Assembly (NCBI GenBank): GCA_963662715.1
Contig: OY759724.1
Span: 1,530,001-1,562,000, forward strand
Reading direction: 5' to 3'
Length of the DNA stretch: 32,000 nucleotides
Origin: Candidatus Omnitrophota bacterium
GTDB lineage: Bacteria > Omnitrophota > Gorgyraeia > Zapsychrales > JANLHA01
The notes beneath the pieces are model-generated. The model was not told where the DNA came from. It ran no database searches and saw nothing but the letters and a program-made list of their open reading frames with translations. This document shows, one piece after another, positions 7,815 through 17,033 of the stretch. The translations under genes and the position numbers were made by a program. Within the stretch, counting starts at the first letter, position 1; each line of letters starts with the position of its first letter.

Positions 7815-9060
7815 ATCTTTACGTTTGCATATCGGCGTGTTCGGACGGACGAACGTGGGCAAGTCAAGTTTCCTGAACATGATTTCGGGCCAGGATGTTT
7901 CCATCACGAGCAGCCTCCCCGGCACAACAACAGATGTCGTGGAAAAGACCATGGAGCTCCTTCCTCTGGGGCCGGTGGTGTTCTTGGATACGGCCGGCAT
8001 TGACGACGTTTCCAGCCTGGCGGAAAAGAGAATAGAAAAGACCATGAAGATATTCCGCAGGGCGGATATCGTTTGCCTTATGGTTGAACCGGGGGTCTGG
8101 GGGAATTTTGAAGAAGATGTGCTGGTGAAAGCCGCCGGGGCGGGCATCCCTGTCCTCGGAATCGTCAATAAGATAGACTGCGCCCGTCCGGATAAGGATT
8201 TCACGGATAAAATCGCCGCCAAGACAAAAGGGTGCGTTTTGGTTTCAAGCGTGCCGGCGGACAAAAGGGAGAGGGAATCTTACATCAGTGCGCTGAAGAA
8301 GCATTTGATCCGTTTATGTCCTGATGATTTCTTGAATCCCCTTCCTTTGGTCGGGGATCTTATCCCTCCGGGTCAAGTGGCCGTGCTGATCGTTCCCATA
8401 GATCTTCAGGCCCCCAAAGGCAGGCTTATTCTGCCCCAGGTCCAGGCGATACGGGATGCCCTTGATGCGGACGCCATGATTCTTGTTGTCAAGGAGCGGG
8501 AATACAGCCATGCTCTTTCGATCCTGGAAGAACGGCCGGCCCTGGCCGTCTGTGATTCGCAGGTTGTGATGAAGATGGTGGCGGACACCCCTCCGGATAT
8601 GAAATGCACGACTTTTTCCATTCTCTTTTCCCGTTATAAAGGGGATCTTGTGGAATGCGTGAACGGCGTCTTCAGGATCGATGAACTCAAGCCGGGGGAC
8701 AGCGTCCTCATCGCGGAAAGCTGCAGCCATCATCCCATAGAAGACGATATCGGAAGGGTGAAAATTCCCCGATGGCTCAGGCAGTATCTTGGGCATGATG
8801 TGAACATCGACATATATTCGGGAAAGGATTTCCCGGACAACCTTTCCGAGTACAGCCTTATCATTCATTGCGGGGCATGTATGACAAACAGAAGAGAGAT
8901 GTTATTCAGGATTAATCTTGCAAAAGAACACGGTGTTCCGATAACCAATTACGGGATCTGCATATCTTTTTTGCAGGGAGTGTTAAAGAGGGTTCTCTCG
9001 CCGTTTCCTGCGGCATTGGATGTTTATGAGAGGAAAGTTTCTGGTAAAGGAGTGTTATGA
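7798..9060 (+). CDS. hydF: [FeFe]-hydrogenase maturation GTPase HydF
   Basis: P-loop GVFGRTNVGKSSFLN, DTAG, NKID. C-terminal cluster motif CSHH...HCGAC. Overlaps the upstream gene by 17 nt. Confidence 0.85.
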   Translation: MKKTPKSLRLHIGVFGRTNVGKSSFLNMISGQDVSITSSLPGTTTDVVEKTMELLPLGPVVFLDTAGIDDVSSLAEKRIEKTMKIFRRADIVCLMVEPGVWGNFEEDVLVKAAGAGIPVLGIVNKIDCARPDKDFTDKIAAKTKGCVLVSSVPADKRERESYISALKKHLIRLCPDDFLNPLPLVGDLIPPGQVAVLIVPIDLQAPKGRLILPQVQAIRDALDADAMILVVKEREYSHALSILEERPALAVCDSQVVMKMVADTPPDMKCTTFSILFSRYKGDLVECVNGVFRIDELKPGDSVLIAESCSHHPIEDDIGRVKIPRWLRQYLGHDVNIDIYSGKDFPDNLSEYSLIIHCGACMTNRREMLFRINLAKEHGVPITNYGICISFLQGVLKRVLSPFPAALDVYERKVSGKGVL

Positions 9061-10553
9061 GCGTTAAAAATACAGATATAAAGACTTGGTTGAAAGAACG
9101 TATCCGGCCGGAAGAGATAAAGAAATATATGCTTTCCGGTGAGGATTTTATTGATGATGCCTTTTTTCATCGTATCTTGGAAAAAAACCGGCATCCGCAT
9201 AAGCAGGAGATCCGGGATATCTTGGCAAAATCCCTGGCGATAGAGGCGCTCACTCTTGATGAAACGGCCGCTCTTTTGCATGTCACCGATCAAGACCTTC
9301 TTGAGGAGATGCGTGAAACAGCGCTTAAAGTCAAACTTAAGGTGTATGATAACCGCATCGTGACTTTTGCCCCGCTTTACATGGGAAATAAATGTGTCAA
9401 CAACTGTCTTTACTGCGGATTCCGAAGCGCCAATAGTTCAGCACAGCGGAGGGTCCTTTCAATGGATGAAATCCGTCAGGAAGCCGAGGTCCTGGCCGGA
9501 AAGATAGGGCATAAACGGCTTATTGTCGTGTACGGGGAGCATCCGGAAACAAACATTGATTATATGGTGGACTCTTTAAAAACGATTTATGGCGTTAAAG
9601 TTCAAACCCGAAAAGGTTTCGGCCAGATACGAAGAGTGAATGTCAATGCCGCGCCCATGCCGGTAGAAGAGCTCAGAAAGCTTCAGGAGGCAGGCATAGG
9701 AACATATCAGGTCTTTCAGGAGACCTATCATCATGAAACCTACAGGAACCTTCACCCGGAAAATACTGTGAAAGGGGATTATCCTTGGCGTTTATATGTC
9801 ATGCACCGCGCTTTTGAGGCAGGTATTGATGACGTGGGCATAGGGGCTTTGTTCGGGCTTTATGACTGGCGTTTTGAGGTTCTGGGGCTTGTGGCCCATT
9901 CCCGGGAGTTAGAGCAGAAATTCGGGATAGGACCGCATACGATTTCTTTTCCGAGGATTGAGCCTGCCGACGGGTCTCCCTGCCGGAGTAATTCCCCGTA
10001 TCTTGTAAATGATAATGATTTCAAACACCTCATAACGGTCATTCGTTTAAGCGTCCCGTATACCGGAATGATAATAACCGCCAGAGAAAGCGCTGAAATG
10101 CGCCGCAATGCTTTTCTTTACGGCTGTACCCAGACCGACGCGTCAACCTGTATCGGGATCGGGGGGTATAGAGAGGGGCTGTCATCGCAGGAAGGAGACC
10201 GGCAGCAGTTTATCTTGGGAGATATCCGGTCTCTTGATGAGGTCATCCGTGAATATGCTGACATGGGATATATTACTTCTTTTTGTACGGCAGGGTATCG
10301 TTGCGGGCGTACAGGAGAGTGCATCATGAATTTGCTTAAAACAGGACAAGAGGGAATGTTCTGTAAATTAAACGCGATATTAACTTTCAGGGAATGGCTT
10401 GATGATTTTGCCTCATCGGAGACGAAAAAGTCAGGAGAAGAGGTTATCATAAAGGAGCTGAATGAAGTCAGAGAGAAGTATCCGGACCTTTCTGCCGCAT
10501 TGGTAAAAAAATATGAGAGGATAAAACAGGGAGAAAGGGATTTATATTTTTAA
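9057..10553 (+). CDS. hydG: [FeFe]-hydrogenase maturase HydG (radical SAM, ThiH-like)
   Basis: Radical SAM CVNNCLYCGF. 498 aa with a Cys-containing C-terminal domain (SFCTAGYRCGRTGEC...FCKLNA). ATGA overlap with hydF. Confidence 0.8.
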   Translation: MSVKNTDIKTWLKERIRPEEIKKYMLSGEDFIDDAFFHRILEKNRHPHKQEIRDILAKSLAIEALTLDETAALLHVTDQDLLEEMRETALKVKLKVYDNRIVTFAPLYMGNKCVNNCLYCGFRSANSSAQRRVLSMDEIRQEAEVLAGKIGHKRLIVVYGEHPETNIDYMVDSLKTIYGVKVQTRKGFGQIRRVNVNAAPMPVEELRKLQEAGIGTYQVFQETYHHETYRNLHPENTVKGDYPWRLYVMHRAFEAGIDDVGIGALFGLYDWRFEVLGLVAHSRELEQKFGIGPHTISFPRIEPADGSPCRSNSPYLVNDNDFKHLITVIRLSVPYTGMIITARESAEMRRNAFLYGCTQTDASTCIGIGGYREGLSSQEGDRQQFILGDIRSLDEVIREYADMGYITSFCTAGYRCGRTGECIMNLLKTGQEGMFCKLNAILTFREWLDDFASSETKKSGEEVIIKELNEVREKYPDLSAALVKKYERIKQGERDLYF

Positions 10554-10665
10554 GAATGAATAAGATGGAAATTATTGAAGACATTAAAAAATTAGCTATT
10601 CTCTTGTTCACGATTTGTCATTATCCTCTGTAAATAGCGATGTTGCGGAAAATTAGGGCATCATG

Positions 10666-10693
10666 AAAAACACGCGGATACGCGTGTTTTTTT
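10666..10693 (+). terminator. Rho-independent terminator after hydG
   Basis: AAAAACACGCG-gata-CGCGTGTTTTTTT. Confidence 0.7.
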
Positions 10694-10773
10694 GTAACTT
10701 TATTATTTCGAATATGTTATGGTTAAATTTTTAAGTAATGCGTGCCCTAAAAATAAATTTCGCAAAAAAACTA

Positions 10774-10802
10774 TTGACAGCAACAAAAATATAGTTTACA
10801 CT
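10774..10802 (+). promoter_or_regulatory. sigma70-like promoter of the tetR-efflux operon
   Basis: TTGACA (10774-10779), 17 nt, TACACT (10797-10802), about 30 nt upstream of the TetR start. Confidence 0.45.
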
Positions 10803-10833
10803 AAATTTAGGTGACACACAAAGGAAAATAACC

Positions 10834-11490
10834 ATGAGCTTTGTTGAAGATAAATATCCTTTAAGAGAGAAAAAACACGCAAAGACAAAACTTGCTCTTA
10901 CGGAAGCATTTATAAAACGTTTAGAGCAGGAGGATTATGATACCATATCCATCAAAGACATTTGCCAGCAGGTTGAGGTTTCCGAAGCGACTTTTTTCAA
11001 CTATTTTCCCCGGAAGATCGATGTTATTATTTACTTCCATAATTTGTTTTTCCTTAAAATCTATTGGCGCTTGAAACATGAAAGCCAGACCGACGCTCCG
11101 ATTCAGCTTGTTATGGATTTGCTGGATTATTTGGCAGAAGAATTGCCGGAACCGAATGTTTTCTTTAGATTTATCGGCGTCTTTGTCAAGGACCGTCAAA
11201 GCAGGGATGAGATGCCGCATATTTCAGAGGCGGAAAAATATTACGCTTATCCAGACTTGCCGCAAATAGAGGAGATTCAATCGGTCAACATGGATTTGTA
11301 TTTACAGGATTTGATTGACCAGGCCGTGGCTCAAAACGTTGTTAAAGAAGGTATCAGCGCAAAAGATGTGTGGGTGGCCGTGAACACGATATTGATCGGA
11401 ACACCCATGTCGCTAGAGGAAAATTTCGCTGACTTGAAAGAATATTACCGCAAACAGCTTGCCTGGCTGCAGCAGTCTTTGACGCCATAG
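10834..11490 (+). CDS. TetR/AcrR-family transcriptional regulator
   Basis: N-terminal HTH ISIKDICQQVEVSEATFFNYFPRK. Size and position are typical, directly upstream of the efflux genes. Confidence 0.8.
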   Translation: MSFVEDKYPLREKKHAKTKLALTEAFIKRLEQEDYDTISIKDICQQVEVSEATFFNYFPRKIDVIIYFHNLFFLKIYWRLKHESQTDAPIQLVMDLLDYLAEELPEPNVFFRFIGVFVKDRQSRDEMPHISEAEKYYAYPDLPQIEEIQSVNMDLYLQDLIDQAVAQNVVKEGISAKDVWVAVNTILIGTPMSLEENFADLKEYYRKQLAWLQQSLTP

Positions 11491-11497
11491 GGGGGAT

Positions 11498-12808
11498 ATG
11501 AAGATGAAGAGTTTTGGATGGATAATATTTTTTATTTGCGGTTCGCTTTTGTTGTCCCCTTGCCCGGTCCGTTCCTCTGAACCGCTGAAGCTGACGATAC
11601 AGACGGCCATTGACATGGCTTTTGAGGCCAGTGAAGACCTTAAGATAAGCGAGAACAATATTCTCAAGAAACAGTCTGAGCGAAAAGAAGAACAGTCTTA
11701 TGCTTTGCCGCATATCATGGGCGAGGCAGGATGGTCGAATAATTTTGAATACCCTGACTTCCCGCAGACCTCATATACAGAAGAATATCATGTGAATACA
11801 GGCGTGACCGTCTCCCAGACTTTGTTTACTTTCGGCCGCATTTCCGCTGCGATCCAGGCGGCCAATAAAGCTATTGAGGTCAGCCGTTTTGACAGGGAGA
11901 GCACCCGGCAGGAAATTATTTATAACACGAAACTCGCTTACTACAATGCCTATGTTGCCAAAAGGATTTTTGAGATTGCCGAGGAATCTTATGAAAACGC
12001 CAGTCAGAATAAACGTATCCTGGAAGAGCGGAGCGAACAGGGCCGGGTCTCGAAATACAATAATATAAAAATATCATCCGACCTGGCTTCCCGTATGCCT
12101 GCGGTCAACAATGCCCGGGCGGATTTTCTTTCGGCCATGGAGACTTTAAAGGTCATGGTCGGGACAGAGGAGCCCGTTGAGCTTTTCGAAGGGTTCCGGC
12201 AGGACTGTCCTGATTTCGACAGACAGGAACTGGCCCTGGCCTTGTATCATAATCAGCCGGCCATTAAGGCTCTGGCGGCTAGCATAGAAGAAAAAGAAGC
12301 GCTTATCCGCTCCAAGACAGCGACGATTCTCCCGGAAATTTCCGCTTTTGCCAGCTGGAATCATAAGGGGGACGGCGATGAGTACTATGTGGGCCGTGAC
12401 AATATGGACGGTTACGGAGTGGCCGGCATCGAAGTCAGCATCCCTGTCTGGCTGGGAGGTATCAGCCGGGCCAAGCTGCATCAGGCTAAGCTCGACAAAA
12501 GAGATGCCGAACTGCAGTATCAGAAAGGCCGGGAAGATTATCTGCTGTTTCTGGATAAAGCGCTTAATAAATATAATGAATATAAAAAGACGTTGGAAGC
12601 GAATGAAGAAGCTTTGCGCTGGGCCGAAGAATCTTTTAAATACAGCCAGGAGCTTTTCGCCTCCGGCCAGGTCTCGGTGACGGATTTGAACGATGCGGAA
12701 CTGCAGCTTACGAACGCGAAAATGAATAAGGAATCCACCTTGTTTAATTTGAATATCATACTGGCCCAGATTGAGCGGCTGACTTTGATAGGAAACGCAT
12801 ATGAATAA
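11498..12808 (+). CDS. TolC-like outer membrane efflux protein
   Basis: Signal peptide followed by two internally repeated coiled-coil/beta halves typical of the OEP family. First gene of the efflux operon. Confidence 0.8.
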   Translation: MKMKSFGWIIFFICGSLLLSPCPVRSSEPLKLTIQTAIDMAFEASEDLKISENNILKKQSERKEEQSYALPHIMGEAGWSNNFEYPDFPQTSYTEEYHVNTGVTVSQTLFTFGRISAAIQAANKAIEVSRFDRESTRQEIIYNTKLAYYNAYVAKRIFEIAEESYENASQNKRILEERSEQGRVSKYNNIKISSDLASRMPAVNNARADFLSAMETLKVMVGTEEPVELFEGFRQDCPDFDRQELALALYHNQPAIKALAASIEEKEALIRSKTATILPEISAFASWNHKGDGDEYYVGRDNMDGYGVAGIEVSIPVWLGGISRAKLHQAKLDKRDAELQYQKGREDYLLFLDKALNKYNEYKKTLEANEEALRWAEESFKYSQELFASGQVSVTDLNDAELQLTNAKMNKESTLFNLNIILAQIERLTLIGNAYE

Positions 12809-13487
12809 GAAAAGAAATTGGGTTTATCTTTTTTGTCTTATCGGAACCGTGTTTCTTGTTGTCTGGAAACAACAGGTCATAAAGGAAGAAAGACAGAAAG
12901 CCATTATCAGCACTTTCTCGGAATGGGAGACGAAAGGGAAGCCCGTGGTTGTCTCCCGGGTCTCCCGGAGAGACGTGCCTTTTTATACAAAGGTTACGTC
13001 CTGGCAGGTCAGCGAGCACGTGTTTGAAGGTCATGTCTCCAGAGAGACAAGGGAGAAGATTCATGTGGGGCAGGACATGCTTTTTTATGTGGACGGGGGG
13101 GAAGTCCCGGGGTCAATTTCGAGTATCGCCGACGAAATTTCCCTGGAGACCGGGATGTACCGGGTTCAGGTTTATGTTGAGCGCCTGTTCGATTTAAAGG
13201 ACTGGGTGGTCGCCTACGCGCATACGGACACCCTCCGGGACGTGATATGTTTTCCCAACGAAATCATTAACAGTAAAGACGGAAAGCTGTTTGTCTGGAA
13301 ATCCGTGAATTCCAGAGCCGTCAGACAACCTATTGCCATAGGGCAGCGCGACGGTTACGGGGCGGTTGTGACGGAGGGATTGCAGGAGGGCGACACGGTT
13401 ATCGTCCAGGGGTTTACCATCCTTTCCGAAGGGGACAAGGTTCATGTCTTAAAGGACATCACGGACGAGGAGAGCGATCATGATTGA
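12801..13487 (+). CDS. RND periplasmic adaptor (membrane fusion protein), unusually short
   Basis: N-terminal TM anchor. Barrel-like C-terminus (VRQPIAIGQRDGYGAVVTEGLQEGDTVIVQG). 8-nt overlaps with both neighbours. Only 228 aa. Confidence 0.65.
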   Translation: MNKKRNWVYLFCLIGTVFLVVWKQQVIKEERQKAIISTFSEWETKGKPVVVSRVSRRDVPFYTKVTSWQVSEHVFEGHVSRETREKIHVGQDMLFYVDGGEVPGSISSIADEISLETGMYRVQVYVERLFDLKDWVVAYAHTDTLRDVICFPNEIINSKDGKLFVWKSVNSRAVRQPIAIGQRDGYGAVVTEGLQEGDTVIVQGFTILSEGDKVHVLKDITDEESDHD

Positions 13488-16400
13488 GTTCTTTGTTAAA
13501 AGACCGGTTACGACCATTATGTTCGTCGCGGTTTTCGTTATTTTGGGTATTGTCTCGATCTTTAACCTGCGGGTTGAAAAAGAGCCGCAGATTGATTTTC
13601 CTATCGTGACAGTGACCGTCACCTATCCCGGAGCAACGCCGCTGGAGGTGGAAACCCTGGTGATCAACAAGGTGGAGGATGCGGTCGCTGAACTGTCTGA
13701 GATCAAGAAGATGAACAGCTATTCTTACGAGAATTTCGGATATGTCTCCATAGAATTTCTGATGTCTTCCGACGTGAATATTAAACTGATCGAAGTCAAA
13801 GACAAAGTCGAAGCTATTTTAAACGACCTCCCGGAAAGCATCGAGAAGCCGGTCATCGAAAAGTTCGACCCGCTCATGGAGCCGGTCATGGACCTGGTGC
13901 TTTCAAGCGAAAGCATCGACGGACGGGATTTGTATGAGTTCGCCGACAAGAAACTCAAAGACCGGTTCTCTTCCATTGAAGGGGTGGCCAACGTTGATCT
14001 CTACGGAGGGAAAGAACGGCAGATCAACGTGACCGCGGATCCGATGCTGATGAAACAGCGGTATGTGGTGATTACGGATATTATCAACAGCATCAGGGCC
14101 AAGAACCGCAACATCCCGGGGGGACTGCTTGAGAAGGACAAGTCCTCGTTAAGCCTGCGTTTCCTGGGAGAGTTTGAAAGCCCTGAGGAAATCGCCAACA
14201 TGCTCATCGTCTCCAGAGACGGCAGCCGTTTTCCGCTTAAGGAGATCGCCCGGGTGGAGGACAGCTTTAAAGAGGTGGAAACCATAGCGCGGTATAACGG
14301 CAAAGATGTGGTCGGCATGTCCCTGAATAAAGTGTCCGACGGAAATGCCGTGAATATATCACGCGAGGTCCGCAAGCGGCTTCCGGCCTTGCGCGAGATG
14401 TTGCCGGAAGGGGTGTCTCTTGAAATCGCCACCGACACGACGGTTTTTATCATCAACGAAACCAATCAGACCTACATTAATATTATTATCGGGATTTTCC
14501 TGACCGTCCTTGTCCTGTATTTTTTTACCGGGGAGCTCAGTCTCACGTTTATCGCTTCGATCGCCATCCCGACGTCTATCGTGTCGGCCCTGTTTCTCGT
14601 GGACGCTTCCGGCTTTACCGTTAATATGATGACCCTTTTAGCCATGGCCACCGCGCTCGGAACTCTGATCGCCAACGCGATCATTATTGTGGAAAACGTG
14701 CTGGTGCATCTGAGCCGGGGGGATGACCCCCAGGCGGCCGCGATCAGCGGCACAAAAGAAGTGGCCTCGGCTGTCCTGGCATCCACGGGCACCAACCTGG
14801 TTGTGTTCACGCCCATTTCCTCTATGGGGGGGATCATCGGCCAGTTTATGCAGTCTTTCGGTTTAACGGTTATTTACGCGACGCTGTTTTCCCTGCTGGC
14901 CTCGTTCAGCCTGACGCCTATGCTGTGCGCGCTGCTTCTTAAAAAGCCGAAAAAAGACGCCGAAGGAACGAAGGCCCGTTTGTTTAATCCTTTTTCCTGG
15001 CTTGTTGTCCTGACCGACAAACTGATGCAGGGACTGAAACGCGAGTACCAGAGGATCTTTAATCTCATCTTCAGGTTCCACTGGGTCACCGTCCTGTTTG
15101 TCCTGCTGTGCTTTTATTCTTTGAAATTCATCATGCCTTATGTGGGGAACGAATTTTATCCGGCTTCCGATGAGGATATGATCACGGCCAAAGTGGAAAT
15201 GCCGCAAGGGTCCACGATCGAGAAGACCCTGGAGACCGTTCAGATTATTGAGACGCGCCTGCAGAAGATCCCCGAACTCGATTCGCTGCTGACGTCGATC
15301 GGCGAAGACGGGGTCGAAAACGCGGCCGTTGTCATGAACCTGGTTCCGCTGGCAGAGCGCCAGCGGGGCGACGTGGATATTATTTATGAACTTATCCCGT
15401 TTATGGCCCAGATTCCGGATGCGGAGATTAATATAGAACGCGGCGAAGCCCGGGGCGGCATCGAGGGGGATGTTACGATTAATCTTTACGGCCGCGACTA
15501 TGATCGGATGATCGATATCTCCAAAGCGATGAAAAAGAAGATGGAGGAAAGCGGCTATTTCCGCTCGGTGAAATCATCGTATAAGGTCCCGAAAAAAGAA
15601 ATCCGTTTTATCCCTGGCCAGGAGAAACTCGTGGAGGCCGGGTTGACAGATGCGGAGGTGGGGGGCATTGTGCGGGCGTCTGTCTACGGGGATGATTCCA
15701 ACATTTATAAAGAGGCCGGCGAGGAATATGATATTAACGTGGAGCTGGATGAGAAATACACCGAAGACTTCGATGATCTGAAACAAATAAACGTTATTTC
15801 CAAAAAAGGCCTGATCCCTGTAAGCGAGCTCGGCCGGATTGAGGAAGACAAAGCCTATCCGACGATCCGTCACCGGGATAAAGAACGGATCATCACCCTG
15901 GACGGTTATTTGTCCAAGTCCAATGCCGGGTATGTCCGGCGCATTCTGGATGAGTCTTTTAAGGATATTGCTTTTGAAGACGGCTACGGGTATGTTTACG
16001 CGGGGAGCGCTGAATATCAGGAGGAATCCGCGCAGGAAACCGGCAAGGCGTTCCTGCTTGCGGTCGTCTTGACCTTTATGCTTCTCTGCGCCCTTATGAA
16101 TTCGTTCCTTTATCCCATCCCGATCCTGTTGGCCGTGGCCACGTCTTTTATCGGGGTCTTTTACGCGTTTTTCTTCCTGGAGCAATCCATCAATATCGCC
16201 TCCATGCTCGGTATGATCATGCTTGTCGGACTTGTGGTGAACAATTCCATTTTGCTTTTGGACTACACTTTGCTGAAAATGAATGAAGGGGTTCCGGTTG
16301 TGGAGGCGCTGTGGCTGGGCGCGTCAGAGAAATTCCGGGCGATTATCATGACGTCTCTGGCGATCGTTCTGGGTGTTCTCCCGCAGCTCTGGTCGGTGGT

Positions 16401-16539
16401 GCCGCTGAAATCCGCCATGGGAACGGTTATGCTCGGCGGCATGCTGGCGTCGATATTTTTCACGTTCATCTTTACACCGATAGCGTTCTGGTATGTTGTC
16501 AGCATCAGACGGTTTTTTTCATCCCGAAAAACCGGATAA
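13480..16539 (+). CDS. RND (AcrB/HAE family) inner-membrane efflux transporter
   Basis: 1019 aa with two large periplasmic loops and 12 hydrophobic segments. N-terminus MIEFFVKRPVTTIMF is typical of AcrB-like pumps. Confidence 0.9.
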   Translation: MIEFFVKRPVTTIMFVAVFVILGIVSIFNLRVEKEPQIDFPIVTVTVTYPGATPLEVETLVINKVEDAVAELSEIKKMNSYSYENFGYVSIEFLMSSDVNIKLIEVKDKVEAILNDLPESIEKPVIEKFDPLMEPVMDLVLSSESIDGRDLYEFADKKLKDRFSSIEGVANVDLYGGKERQINVTADPMLMKQRYVVITDIINSIRAKNRNIPGGLLEKDKSSLSLRFLGEFESPEEIANMLIVSRDGSRFPLKEIARVEDSFKEVETIARYNGKDVVGMSLNKVSDGNAVNISREVRKRLPALREMLPEGVSLEIATDTTVFIINETNQTYINIIIGIFLTVLVLYFFTGELSLTFIASIAIPTSIVSALFLVDASGFTVNMMTLLAMATALGTLIANAIIIVENVLVHLSRGDDPQAAAISGTKEVASAVLASTGTNLVVFTPISSMGGIIGQFMQSFGLTVIYATLFSLLASFSLTPMLCALLLKKPKKDAEGTKARLFNPFSWLVVLTDKLMQGLKREYQRIFNLIFRFHWVTVLFVLLCFYSLKFIMPYVGNEFYPASDEDMITAKVEMPQGSTIEKTLETVQIIETRLQKIPELDSLLTSIGEDGVENAAVVMNLVPLAERQRGDVDIIYELIPFMAQIPDAEINIERGEARGGIEGDVTINLYGRDYDRMIDISKAMKKKMEESGYFRSVKSSYKVPKKEIRFIPGQEKLVEAGLTDAEVGGIVRASVYGDDSNIYKEAGEEYDINVELDEKYTEDFDDLKQINVISKKGLIPVSELGRIEEDKAYPTIRHRDKERIITLDGYLSKSNAGYVRRILDESFKDIAFEDGYGYVYAGSAEYQEESAQETGKAFLLAVVLTFMLLCALMNSFLYPIPILLAVATSFIGVFYAFFFLEQSINIASMLGMIMLVGLVVNNSILLLDYTLLKMNEGVPVVEALWLGASEKFRAIIMTSLAIVLGVLPQLWSVVPLKSAMGTVMLGGMLASIFFTFIFTPIAFWYVVSIRRFFSSRKTG

Positions 16540-16597
16540 AAAAACAGGCTTTCATCTTTAAAGGAAAACGGAGGATCTCTGTGCGCAGGAAATTGAT

Positions 16598-16994
16598 CAT
16601 GACGTCTCTTCTGGACATGATAAAAAAACATCAGGATAAAGAGATTGAATATATTGACGACACTATTATTTCAGACAATTATCTCCTTATCCGTTTAAAA
16701 GGCCCGATTGACGCGCAGACCCTTCCGCTGATCGAGAGAAAATCCATGGATGAAGACGCCTTTGAAAACAAACATATTCTTTTGAACTTTGAAAAAGTGA
16801 ACCATGTGGACACCGCCACACTGGCGACCCTTGTGAAGGTTTTTCATGACCTTAAAAAGAATGACAAGGAACTCGGCGTCATTCATGCCAGCGCGACTTT
16901 AAAGAAGTATATTGAAATTCTGAAACTAGGTTCTGTGGTGAAAACTTTTAGCGATGAAGCAGCAGCCTTAAAAGCCTTTCATCTTCAAAACTAG
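16598..16994 (+). CDS. STAS-domain protein (anti-sigma-factor antagonist-like)
   Basis: LLIRLKGPIDAQT...FEKVNHVDTATLATLVKVFHDLKKNDKELGVIHASATLKKYIEILKL. The upstream part of track ORF 16311 overlaps the RND gene and was trimmed. An in-frame GTG at 16580 is an alternative start. Confidence 0.7.
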
Positions 16995-17033
16995 CCGAAC
17001 CGCTCTTTTCTGTCACGATGCGCCGAACGGCCT

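Noticed and set aside
16311-16597. Upstream extension of the STAS ORF (track start 16311)
   Set aside because: The extension overlaps the 3' end of the RND gene in another frame. The STAS-like sequence only begins near MTSLLDMIKK, so the start was set at 16598 (alternative GTG 16580).
13725-16631. Multiple minus-strand ORFs within the RND transporter gene, and plus-frame ORF 15839..16072
   Set aside because: They overlap a 1019-aa gene of clear AcrB-type architecture and have no independent support.
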